Source: an uncultured delta proteobacterium
GTDB taxonomy: Bacteria > Desulfobacterota > Binatia > Binatales > Binataceae
Length of the DNA stretch: 64,000 nt
Direction of reading: 5' to 3'
Assembly (NCBI GenBank): GCA_963765675.1
Contig: CAVXXK010000001.1
Span: 800,001-864,000 of the forward strand
The first letter of the stretch is position 1, and every line of letters begins with the position of its first letter. Both the position numbers and the translations under genes were made by a program. This document shows, one piece after another, positions 19,953 through 28,786 of this stretch. A model generated the notes under the pieces. The model searched no databases. It saw only the letters and a program-made list of their open reading frames with translations, and had not been told where the DNA came from.

Positions 19953-21068
19953 ATGCCGAAAGTAATCGACTCTGACGGCCACGTGGTCGAGCCGCGAGCC
20001 GTCTGGACCGAATATATTGAGCCGGAATTTCGCGATGGCGTCATCCAGATCCGCCGCAATGACGACGGACTCGATCAGCTCTGGATCAATGGCGAGAACC
20101 GCAGCCGCGCGTCGCTGCCGGTGGCCGCGTCGATGATTCCCGGCGGTCTCAGGGATCTCGAACACGCGCGAACTCTTACCTGGGACGACGTGCCTCCCGG
20201 CGGATGGAATCCGCGCGAGCGCCTGAAGGTGATGGACGCCGAGGGTATCGATATCGCGGTGCTGTATCCGTCACTGTGGCTTCTGTACGGAGATCTAATC
20301 GAACCCAAACTGGCGGCTGCCGCCTGCCGGGCTTACAACAACTGGATGGCCGACTTCTGCAAGGAGTCTCCGACGCGCTTATATGGGGTCGCGCCGATGC
20401 CGCTGCAGGATGTCGACGAGGCGATCCGCGAGATGCGGCGCGTCGTGCGCGAGCTCGGATTCAAGGCCGTCTTCGTCCGGCCGAATCCATTTGCCGGCCG
20501 GCGCCTCAACGATCCGGCCTACGAGCGGTTCTGGCAGACCGCGCAGGAACTGAACGTCGCGGTCGCGGTCCATTCGAGCTTCGGCACCAAGATGCCGACA
20601 ATGGGTGCCGATCGCTATCGCGATCCGTTCTTCTTCCACATGGTCTGCCATCCGTTCGAGCAGCAGGGCGCCTGCATGGACGTGATCTGCGGCGGCGTCT
20701 TGCAGAAGTACCCGAAGCTGCGAGTCGGCTTCCTCGAGTCGGGGGTTGGATGGCTCGGCTACTGGCTCGACCGCATGGACGAGCACTTCGAAGGCATGCA
20801 CAGCTATGTTCCGTGGCTGCGGGAGCTGCCGAGCGACCAGTTTCGCGAGCACTGTTTCGTCACGCTCGATCCGCACGAGACGATGCTTCGGGCGACCACA
20901 GTGGATATGCGCATGGAGCGTAGCATTCTGTGGGGATCTGATTTTCCGCACTTCGATTGCACCTATCCGGGAATTGTCGGCGAGATCAAACAGGCGTGCG
21001 CGAAACTTCCGGAATCCGCGCGCCACGCGATCATCACCGAGAACGCGCTGCGCTTCTACGATCTCTGA
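19953..21068 (+). CDS. Amidohydrolase family protein (Amidohydro_2)
   Basis: IDSDGHVVEP, MDAEGIDIAVLYP, AYNNW, LESGVGW, WGSDFPH. Confidence 0.93.
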   Translation: MPKVIDSDGHVVEPRAVWTEYIEPEFRDGVIQIRRNDDGLDQLWINGENRSRASLPVAASMIPGGLRDLEHARTLTWDDVPPGGWNPRERLKVMDAEGIDIAVLYPSLWLLYGDLIEPKLAAAACRAYNNWMADFCKESPTRLYGVAPMPLQDVDEAIREMRRVVRELGFKAVFVRPNPFAGRRLNDPAYERFWQTAQELNVAVAVHSSFGTKMPTMGADRYRDPFFFHMVCHPFEQQGACMDVICGGVLQKYPKLRVGFLESGVGWLGYWLDRMDEHFEGMHSYVPWLRELPSDQFREHCFVTLDPHETMLRATTVDMRMERSILWGSDFPHFDCTYPGIVGEIKQACAKLPESARHAIITENALRFYDL

Positions 21069-21176
21069 GCGCGAATCTCGCCGCGCCGGACAGCCGGTGC
21101 CGCTGCTTTGGCGCATCCCCCGCGGCGCACGCTCGCCGGACTTCTGCTATTCTCGGCGGGCGAGGGTACATACCTG

Positions 21177-22730
21177 ATGGCGGCAGGTGCATTACGTGTG
21201 AGCGCTCAGAACGCGCCGGCGCCGGAGCGCATATCGCTGGCGCGGTATTCTCCCGCGTTGCTGCTTCTTTCCACGGTGCTGATGATCGCGTACCGATGGC
21301 CCGATCCGGACCTTTGGTGGCACATCTTCTCGGGCCGCGCGATCCTGGCGACGCATCACCTGGTCTTTCCCGATCCATACTCGTACACCTCCGCAGGCGC
21401 GCTCTCGCACACGCAGGAGTGGCTATCGGACGTGATCATGGCCGTGGTGTACAACCACCTCGGCGTGCTCGGGCTCAGATGGCTCAACTTTGCGGTTGCC
21501 GCTGCAACGATTTTTTTCCTCGCGATGATCGCGGCCGAAACCGCCGCCGGCCCGACGCTGCAATTTGCGGTCGTACTCAGCGCGGCGATCGCAATGGGGC
21601 CGTTGATGCAAATTCGGCCGCAGATGTTCGACTATGCGATGCTGTCGGCGATCCTGTGGATGCTCACGCGCGACAATTTTGGGTGCCGTGCACCGCTATG
21701 GATCACGATCCCGATTCTCGCGCTGTGGGCAAATCTGCACGGCAGCTACTTCCTGCCGGTCGCGATCCTATCGCTATATGCAGGAGTCGCCGGGGTTGTT
21801 GGCGTCTGGACCGGTGCCGGATTGGGACGCGCGATTCGCGCCGGCGCCGTCGCGATCGGCGCAGCGATCGCGACGCTGGCCACGCCGTTCGGCGTGAACT
21901 CGTGGATCACGGTCGCGCATACGATGACCAATCCGCTCAACTCTCACCTGAGTGAGTGGCGCCCATTCGTGACCGTGATGGCCACGGAATGGAGTCACGG
22001 CGGCTTCGGGGACTTCAATTACCTGATCGTGCTCGCGATGATGGGGGCTACCGCTGCCGCGATCATCGTCCGGCCGCGCGGCCGTGACCTGCCGATGCTG
22101 GCGATCGCGGCTTTGACCTGCGCCGGAGCGTTCATGGCGATACGCGCGGTCGCTTACGCGGTGCTCGCGATGGTCGAGCCGCTGGCGAATCATTTCGGGC
22201 TATGGGCGGGAACACCGCGGGAACATCCGCGGCGGCAGGCGCTCGGGTTCCAAACAGCGATCGTCGCGCTGTCGATCGCGGTAGGCGCGGGGACCGGATT
22301 ATTTTCGCGCTCGCTCGATGCGGGTGACGTGCCCAATGGCGCGGTCGCGTTCATGGGCACGCACGATCTCCGCGGTAACGTGCTCGCGCGCTTTGACTGG
22401 GGCTTCTACCTGCTCTGGCACAGATGGCCAAACGCGCGGGTGTTTATCGATAGCCGCTACGACCTGCTGTACCCGAACCGCGTGGCAACGGAATACCTCG
22501 CATTCGACGGCGGCGGTCCGGCAGGGTCACGCGTACTCGATGAGTACCCAACTGACTATGTGCTGATCGCGCCGGACGCGGCAGCATTCGGGACGATGAT
22601 GCATCAACCTGGATGGGTACTTGTCTATCGCGACTCGAGTGCGGCGCTTTTCGCGCGCGCGGGATCGGCGGCGGCGCGGATTCCGGGCGTGCCGATTATC
22701 GCGAAGCGGCCGATCGCACTATTCCCTTGA
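21177..22730 (+). CDS. Polytopic membrane protein, possibly GT-C-like
   Basis: DPDLWWH..GR, EWL, RPQ, LWANLHG, EW.P, VFIDSRYDL motifs; many TM segments. Confidence 0.7.
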   Translation: MAAGALRVSAQNAPAPERISLARYSPALLLLSTVLMIAYRWPDPDLWWHIFSGRAILATHHLVFPDPYSYTSAGALSHTQEWLSDVIMAVVYNHLGVLGLRWLNFAVAAATIFFLAMIAAETAAGPTLQFAVVLSAAIAMGPLMQIRPQMFDYAMLSAILWMLTRDNFGCRAPLWITIPILALWANLHGSYFLPVAILSLYAGVAGVVGVWTGAGLGRAIRAGAVAIGAAIATLATPFGVNSWITVAHTMTNPLNSHLSEWRPFVTVMATEWSHGGFGDFNYLIVLAMMGATAAAIIVRPRGRDLPMLAIAALTCAGAFMAIRAVAYAVLAMVEPLANHFGLWAGTPREHPRRQALGFQTAIVALSIAVGAGTGLFSRSLDAGDVPNGAVAFMGTHDLRGNVLARFDWGFYLLWHRWPNARVFIDSRYDLLYPNRVATEYLAFDGGGPAGSRVLDEYPTDYVLIAPDAAAFGTMMHQPGWVLVYRDSSAALFARAGSAAARIPGVPIIAKRPIALFP

Positions 22731-22790
22731 AACCTTACGGCTCAAGTGCCGCGCACGGTTGGTGCAGCATTTGTCATCGGTGCCCGCGCG

Positions 22791-23074
22791 CTACCTCACA
22801 CCGACGATCTCAGCAGTCGAGCAGTGATACACCCATCGTGGGCGCCCCGAAGCACCAGATCAAACCGACTGTCCTTCTGCGTGCGATATAGCGGCAGCTT
22901 GCCTTCCGCGTTCGTGCACAGGCAGTGGCCGCACGGCGTCTTTCCGCGGCAGTCTCGATAGCAGACGATATAATCTTTGCCGTCGCCCGGATGCTTGTAT
23001 GTCCCAACCCATGAAGGCGACGCTCCAGGCGGGCAATCGTGCGAACCGCCGCAGCACGAACAGAGCCATCCGAT
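22791..23074 (-). pseudogene. Decayed duplicate of the 3' half of the amine dehydrogenase light-chain gene
   Basis: Aligns by eye to 37183-37480 (CSCCGG.HDCPPGAS, KHPGDGKDYIV.YRDC, LPLYRTQKD, LIWCFGAPTM, YHCSTAEIVG) with indels and Cys losses. Confidence 0.85.
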
Positions 23075-23642
23075 TCTCAGTTGTGATCATCATGGTGGCG
23101 GCTGGATCCGCCGGGACGCGCCTGGGTTTCTCGCCGGTCCATCGACGCCACAACCGTTTCAGCCCGCGCGCCAAGCGACGGAGCATTCGAGTCGAGGAGC
23201 CAGGCGATTGGAGCTCTGCGGGCGGCTCGCTGATCCTCGGACCAAACGCAGGGCACGGTCCTGCAGCGAAGGTCGCCGCGCGCAGCGAGCTTTCTGGCTC
23301 TGGCAGCGGGCGGCCGACATAATCGAGTGTAACGATCGAGCCCGGACGATCATTCACACGAAAGCACCACTTGCAGCGCACACATGTGTATAGATACGGC
23401 CGCGATTTCAAGCTTCCGGATCTCGGCACAGCCTCGATTGCAAAGCTGTGCCGAGCCTCGCGTGGTGCGAACGCATCGCGCGTCTTACGCGCGGCCGGCT
23501 TTTCGGATCTCTCCGTTCGCGGTTCGCTCTGATATTGGAATGGAGTGGGGACAAACTCGGTCAGTGGATAGACCCAAGAAAGCGGAATATCGCCCGCTTT
23601 CGTAACCGGCCACACGGCTCGAACTTCCCGACGCGGCTTCAT
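23075..23642 (-). CDS. Hypothetical protein with a CxxC...C motif; the frame runs on into the mauA remnant (ORF stop at 22860)
   Basis: RBS GAGAAGG, ATG at 23642, YTCVRCKW...GPCPAF; sigma54-type promoter upstream. Confidence 0.55.
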
Positions 23643-23698
23643 TTTTGCGCCTTCTCGTTGGTGAGGGACGTGACGGCCGGCACCACACCCGACTTAAA

Positions 23699-23714
23699 CG
23701 CAAATACTGCGCCG
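23699..23714 (-). promoter_or_regulatory. Putative sigma54 (-24/-12) promoter
   Basis: Minus strand CGGCGC-AGTAT-TTGCG. Confidence 0.5.
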
Positions 23715-23889
23715 GATGTCGGTCAGTATTCGCCGGCCACAGACCGGCATAAGCTTCGGCGGAAAATCTTCAATCAAATTGCGAGAATTACTTCCGACCC
23801 TGTCACCGGCGCCGGCTAATGCGGTTCTCCTGATTGGCAACCTTTTTCGGTTGAGCTGGGCGCGCAGCGCAGAATGAATTGCCGTGACG

Positions 23890-23971
23890 TTTCAGCTTGA
23901 ACGACTATGCGTGCTTCATCGCCAGGAAAGTCAGACAACTCCAGAGAAATCCGCCCGGCACAGGCGATGCT
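23890..23971 (+). promoter_or_regulatory. Putative activator site plus sigma54 promoter of the P-II-like gene
   Basis: TTTCA-GCT-TGAAC at 23890; CGGCAC-AGGCG-ATGCT at 23956. Confidence 0.55.
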
Positions 23972-24076
23972 CTAGTCTCTTTTCATCGGCTGCTTTCCTC
24001 CGACTGGGGCCGATTTGAATTGGTCAGTTTGCAGAATACTCATACTCTTTTGTGCAGAAGGCTCGGTGATCATCAA

Positions 24077-24463
24077 ATGAAGAAAGTAGAAGCGATTCTG
24101 AGCCCGGACATTTTTGAAACGATCAGGGATATTCTCATCAGCCGCGGCTGCCGCGATTTCGTGGTCTCCGAGGTTAGAGGCGCGCCGGGCAATGGAGCGC
24201 AGCCAAAGCGTTTTCGCGGCATCGACTATACTCCTGATGAACCGAGACTGAAGCTCGAGACTGTTGTCGCCGACGAAGATGCGATGGCCACGGCGCACGT
24301 TATCCTGGCCGCATCGCATAGCGTCGAGGTATCAGGGCAAATGGTTACGGTGTGTGCGCTCGAGCGCGTCATTTCGATAGGTATATTAAATCTGGATGAC
24401 CAACCTATTGATTCTCGCGCCAGCTTCCGCAGAGAGTTACTGAGTAATGGAAGCCGTTCATAG
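24077..24463 (+). CDS. Non-canonical P-II-like protein
   Basis: MKKVEAIL.P...VSEVRG...FRGIDY...PRLKLETVVADE resembles GlnB; GFGRQ and GDGKIF are absent. Confidence 0.75.
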   Translation: MKKVEAILSPDIFETIRDILISRGCRDFVVSEVRGAPGNGAQPKRFRGIDYTPDEPRLKLETVVADEDAMATAHVILAASHSVEVSGQMVTVCALERVISIGILNLDDQPIDSRASFRRELLSNGSRS

Positions 24464-24677
24464 TGAAATACGCTTAATCAGCTTCTGCTGAAGCCATCAG
24501 CGCGTGCTCGCAAACGCCGCAGCACATCAGTCTCCATAGCCCGTAGATTTCCTGTAAGTACAACGACTTTTCGCGAAGCACCGGTCTTGCAATCCGGTTT
24601 GGGTTCGCAACGCGTCGGCCCCCGTGGTCACCGCGTCTGCGTAGGCGACCCAAAACGGATTTAGAGGAATCAAGACT

Positions 24678-26489
24678 ATGTGGCTGCTTCCGATCTCGAT
24701 GCTTGTAACTACGACCCTGCTGGCCATTCCATTGAGCCGTTATCTCGCCTGGATCATGAATGGCGAATATCGTCCGCCGCGGTGGTTGCAATCGATCGAG
24801 ACTCGGCTTGATCTCGGTCAGCAGGACTGGAAGCAGTACACAGTCGCGTTGCTGATCTTCAACTTCCTGCTGTTCGTGTACACCTACGTGGTTTTGGCAG
24901 TGCAACCGCTGATGCCGTTGAACCAGCTCCATCGCGGAATGCTGGCGCCGACCACGATCGTCCATGCGGCGATCTCGTTGTGTACCAACACTGATCTGCA
25001 ACACTGGTCCGGAGATTCGCAGTTTTCCAATTTCAGCCAGATCTTCGCGATGATCGCGAATTTCTTCTTCTCCGCGTCAATAGGGTTTTGCGCGCTCACC
25101 GCGATCATTCGTGCGCTTCGTGATGGTCCTCGCAAGGTTGGCAGCTTTTTCCTGGATATGTGGCGGGTCATGATTTACATGTTCCTGCCGATCGGTTTCG
25201 TTCTCTCCATCGCCTTCCTGCAACAGGGCTCTCCTATGACTTTCCGGGCGGCTCAGATGGTGTCCACCGTTGAGCCGGCCTCGATGGGCACCACTGATAA
25301 CGGGCAGGCGAAGCAGCAGACGGTCGTGCTAGGTCCTCTCGCCGCATTCGTGCCGATGAAACAGCGCGGCACCAACGGCGGAGGGTTCTACGGCGCCAAC
25401 TCGGCGCATCCTTTCGAAAACCCCACGGCGTTCACAAATTTCCTGTCGAGCGTCGGAATGATGCTGTTCCCGTTCGCATTGGTGCTGATGTACGGCCGCA
25501 TGCTGCACAAGCAGCGCCATGCGTGGGTGATTTTCTCGGTGATGATGGTGTTGATGATCGGTACCGTCATCTGGTCCGTGTACTTCGATACCCATAAACC
25601 GAACCCCGGCCTCACCGCACACCCAGTCGAGCGGAAATTCGAGTTGGACACGGCAGGCGGAAAGAAAGCGATCGTTCTGCCTGCTGTCGCGGGACTGCCG
25701 GTCGATCAGCATCTGGGAAATCTGGAAAGCAAAGAGCTTCGTTTTGGAACTTCCGCCGGCGCAACTTTCGCGGCGATGACGGTCGACGTCACGTGCGGAG
25801 CGGTAAACTGCGCTCACGATAGTCTGAATCCTATTGCCGCGTTGTCCCCGATGGCTGGAATGTGGGTGAACTGCATATACGGCGGCAAGGGCGTGGGCAT
25901 GATCAACCTGCTCGTGTTCCTGATTATCGGAGTATTCGTAGCCGGCCAGATGGTCGGTCGAACACCCGAATATCTGGGCAAGAAGATCGGCGGACGCGAA
26001 ATGAAGCTGGCGATGATCGGTCTCCTGATTCACCCGATCATGATTCTCGGGCCTACCGGACTTTTCGCTGCAACTAGTTGGGGCCAAAAGGCCGAGTTCA
26101 ACCCGGGTGCTCACGGCTTCTCGGAAGTCATGTACGAGTTCTCCTCGGCGTCGGCCAATAACGGATCCGGTTTCGAGGGGTTGGGGGACACGTGGGGTCT
26201 CAACGACAACCCGAGTCCTGCGCCAACCAGCAGGGCGTGGGATTTCGCAACCGTCATCGTAATAACTATCAGTCGATTTATCCCGATAATCGCTCCCATC
26301 GCTCTAGCTGCAGGCATGGGTGCGAAGAAGACCGCCCCGTTCGGACTGGGTACGATGCGCGACGATACGGTTACATTCGCCCTACTGCTGATCGGAACGA
26401 TCGTGATTATCGGCGCGCTGCTGTTTCTTCCCGTAGCGGCTCTTGGACCGATTGCGGAGCATCTGGGGCCAATCCCCTTTGGCGGGTAG
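24678..26489 (+). CDS. kdpA: Potassium-transporting ATPase subunit A, divergent paralogue 1
   Basis: TNTD, GTNGGG, ANSAHPFENP, KELRFG, TCGAV, GRTPEYLGKK, NNGSGF, LGPIAEHL. Confidence 0.92.
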   Translation: MWLLPISMLVTTTLLAIPLSRYLAWIMNGEYRPPRWLQSIETRLDLGQQDWKQYTVALLIFNFLLFVYTYVVLAVQPLMPLNQLHRGMLAPTTIVHAAISLCTNTDLQHWSGDSQFSNFSQIFAMIANFFFSASIGFCALTAIIRALRDGPRKVGSFFLDMWRVMIYMFLPIGFVLSIAFLQQGSPMTFRAAQMVSTVEPASMGTTDNGQAKQQTVVLGPLAAFVPMKQRGTNGGGFYGANSAHPFENPTAFTNFLSSVGMMLFPFALVLMYGRMLHKQRHAWVIFSVMMVLMIGTVIWSVYFDTHKPNPGLTAHPVERKFELDTAGGKKAIVLPAVAGLPVDQHLGNLESKELRFGTSAGATFAAMTVDVTCGAVNCAHDSLNPIAALSPMAGMWVNCIYGGKGVGMINLLVFLIIGVFVAGQMVGRTPEYLGKKIGGREMKLAMIGLLIHPIMILGPTGLFAATSWGQKAEFNPGAHGFSEVMYEFSSASANNGSGFEGLGDTWGLNDNPSPAPTSRAWDFATVIVITISRFIPIIAPIALAAGMGAKKTAPFGLGTMRDDTVTFALLLIGTIVIIGALLFLPVAALGPIAEHLGPIPFGG

Positions 26490-26520
26490 GCTGCCGAGAA
26501 CGAGTAATGTTGCATACACC

Positions 26521-26624
26521 TTTCAAAATGAAATGTTCACGAGTGCAGAACTCATCGAGGGCAAGAGTCCAGAGGCGATTTTACCGACAATCCGTGGTTG
26601 CGGCTCAGTGGCATCGCTGTTGCT
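26521..26624 (+). promoter_or_regulatory. Activator inverted repeat plus sigma54 promoter of the kdpFABC operon
   Basis: TTTCA-AAA-TGAAA at 26521; TGGCAT-CGCTG-TTGCT at 26609-26624. Confidence 0.7.
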
Positions 26625-26699
26625 CAATTAGAATTTCTGAGGGTCTCTTCAAAACTGAATCCCTAAGAAAACAGATAGCGGCTCTGGAGAAATAGGACG

Positions 26700-26795
26700 A
26701 TGGACTTAATGATTTGGATCCCGATCACATTTTTTCTGGGCGTAGGAACGATGGTGCTCTGTTATGCCTTCCTGATCGCCTGCGAGAAAATCTGA
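26700..26795 (+). CDS. 31-aa single-TM peptide upstream of kdpF
   Basis: MDLMIWIPITFFLGVGTMVLCYAFLIACEKI*, AGGA RBS; too short for the ORF track. Confidence 0.7.
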   Translation: MDLMIWIPITFFLGVGTMVLCYAFLIACEKI

Positions 26796-26806
26796 GGAAC
26801 CGCACC

Positions 26807-26887
26807 ATGATCTATCTTACCGCAATAGTCTGTGTGTTGTTATTTGTGTATCTGACTGTCGCGTTGGTTCGCCCCGAATGGTTCTAG
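26807..26887 (+). CDS. kdpF: Kdp ATPase subunit F
   Basis: MIYLTAIVCVLLFVYLTVALVRPEWF*, typical YL..AL.RPE.F ending, RBS GAGGA. Confidence 0.9.
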   Translation: MIYLTAIVCVLLFVYLTVALVRPEWF

Positions 26888-26906
26888 GCGTCCGGCTTTT
26901 GAGGTA

Positions 26907-28736
26907 ATGACGATGACTCAATATTGGCTTCTTCCGGCCGCGTTAATCGTGGTGGCCATCGCGGTTTCCATTCCATTGAGCAAATACGCAGCGTGGATAA
27001 TGGAAGGCCATTACCATCCGCCGCGGCTGTTCGCCTGGTTTGAGAAAAAGCTCGACAGCGGACCGCAGGGCTGGAAACAGTACACTGCGGCGCTGCTGAT
27101 CTTTAATCTCGTGCTGTTCGTCTGGGGTTACCTGGTGCTTGCGCTACAGCCATTCACGCCGCTCAACCCTCGGGGTTTGGGCATGTTGGCGCCAACAACC
27201 ATCTTCAATACCGTCACGTCATTCATGACGAATACCAACCTGCAGGATTATGCAGGCGATGTTAATTTCTCAAACTTTACCCAGATATTTTTTACAATCT
27301 CTAATCAGTATATTTCGGCGGCAGTCGGGTTTTGTGCACTTGCGGCGATAATCAGGGCTTTTCGCGGTGAATCGAAAGTCGGGAATTTCTTCGTCGATAT
27401 GTGGCGCGTCCTGATCTACATGTTCGTCCCCGCCGCGATTCTGGTGGGCGTGCTCTTCATTCAGCAAGGGATGCCGATGACATTTCAGAGCACTGTGCAG
27501 GCGACCACGGTCGAACCTGGAGCGATGGGTACCGACGACAAGGGAGCGGCGAAGCAGCAGACCATCGTAATGGGGCCGGTCGCCGCGATGATACCGATCA
27601 AACAGCTCGGCACCAATGGTGGCGGGTTTTTCGGCGCCAATTCCGCTCAGCCATATGAAAATCCCAGCGCATGGACGAACTTCCTCACCTGCCTAGCGAT
27701 GATGATTTTTCCGTTCACGCTGGTGCTGATGTTCGGCCGAATGCTCAGAAAAATGCTGCACGCTATCGTTATCTACGCGGTGATGTTGACCCTGATGGTG
27801 GGGATGATCGTGTGGGCGATTTACTTCGAGCTGAAGCCAAACCCAGGCCTGACAGCTCATCCGACCAGCGTGACTTATAAGATTCCCAGCGCTACCGCGG
27901 CTGGCGGATTCCGGGAGATCAAGATTCCAACCGTTGCCGGACTGCCGGTTGATCAGCACAGCGGGAACCTGGAGGGCAAGGAACTGCGTTTCGGTACTGT
28001 CGCAGGACCAACCTTTGCGGCGTTAACCACTGCGGTTACCTGCGGCGCCGTCGACTGCGCGCACGATAGCTTGAACCCGCTGACGGGACTCTCGCCGATG
28101 GTGGGCATGTGGCTGAACTGCGTATTCGGCGGCAAGGGTGTCGGAATGATTAATCTCCTGCTCTTCCTGATCATCGGCGTATTTATTGCGGGCCAGATGG
28201 TGGGGAGATCGCCCGAATACCTGGGCCGGAAAGTCGGCGCACGCGAGGTCAAGCTGGCGGTTATCGCGCTCTTGGTTCATCCACTGATGATCCTCGGGCC
28301 CACCGGAGTGTTCGCCGCTACCAACTGGGGAATCAAAGCGGAATTAAATCCCGCCGCGCATGGCTTCTCGGAGGTTATGTATCAATTCAGCTCGGCATCG
28401 GCGAACAACGGTTCGGGTTTCGAGGGACTTGGCGACACCTGGGGATTTAACGCCAACCCCAATCCAGCTCCGACCAGCCAGGCTTTGGACATAGCGGCAG
28501 GATTGGTCATGCTGTTCAGCCGATATCTACCCATCGTCGCGCCGATTGCGATGGCGGCTTTCCTCGGGATCAAGAAGGAGGCGCCGTATGGGCTCGGGAC
28601 CATGCGCGACGACACGTTGACATTTTATTTCCTGTTGCTCGGCACCATCGTGATTATCGGAGCGCTGCTGTTTCTGCCGGTCGCAGCGCTTGGTCCGTTA
28701 GCGGACCACCTGGGTCCGATACCGTTTGGTGGATGA
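26907..28736 (+). CDS. kdpA: Potassium-transporting ATPase subunit A, canonical paralogue 2
   Basis: SFMTNTNLQ, KQLGTNGGG, TTAVTCGAV, NNGSGF. Confidence 0.95.
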   Translation: MTMTQYWLLPAALIVVAIAVSIPLSKYAAWIMEGHYHPPRLFAWFEKKLDSGPQGWKQYTAALLIFNLVLFVWGYLVLALQPFTPLNPRGLGMLAPTTIFNTVTSFMTNTNLQDYAGDVNFSNFTQIFFTISNQYISAAVGFCALAAIIRAFRGESKVGNFFVDMWRVLIYMFVPAAILVGVLFIQQGMPMTFQSTVQATTVEPGAMGTDDKGAAKQQTIVMGPVAAMIPIKQLGTNGGGFFGANSAQPYENPSAWTNFLTCLAMMIFPFTLVLMFGRMLRKMLHAIVIYAVMLTLMVGMIVWAIYFELKPNPGLTAHPTSVTYKIPSATAAGGFREIKIPTVAGLPVDQHSGNLEGKELRFGTVAGPTFAALTTAVTCGAVDCAHDSLNPLTGLSPMVGMWLNCVFGGKGVGMINLLLFLIIGVFIAGQMVGRSPEYLGRKVGAREVKLAVIALLVHPLMILGPTGVFAATNWGIKAELNPAAHGFSEVMYQFSSASANNGSGFEGLGDTWGFNANPNPAPTSQALDIAAGLVMLFSRYLPIVAPIAMAAFLGIKKEAPYGLGTMRDDTLTFYFLLLGTIVIIGALLFLPVAALGPLADHLGPIPFGG

Positions 28737-28786
28737 GTAACTAAGTAACGAAGAGCCACAGGACTTTTTCGACGGAGCAATCGAAA

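Noticed and set aside
24576-24591. Sigma54 promoter for kdpA1 (AAGCAC-CGGTC-TTGCA)
   Set aside because: Lacks the invariant -24 GG and has no clear upstream TTTCA-N3-TGAA; kept only as a weak candidate
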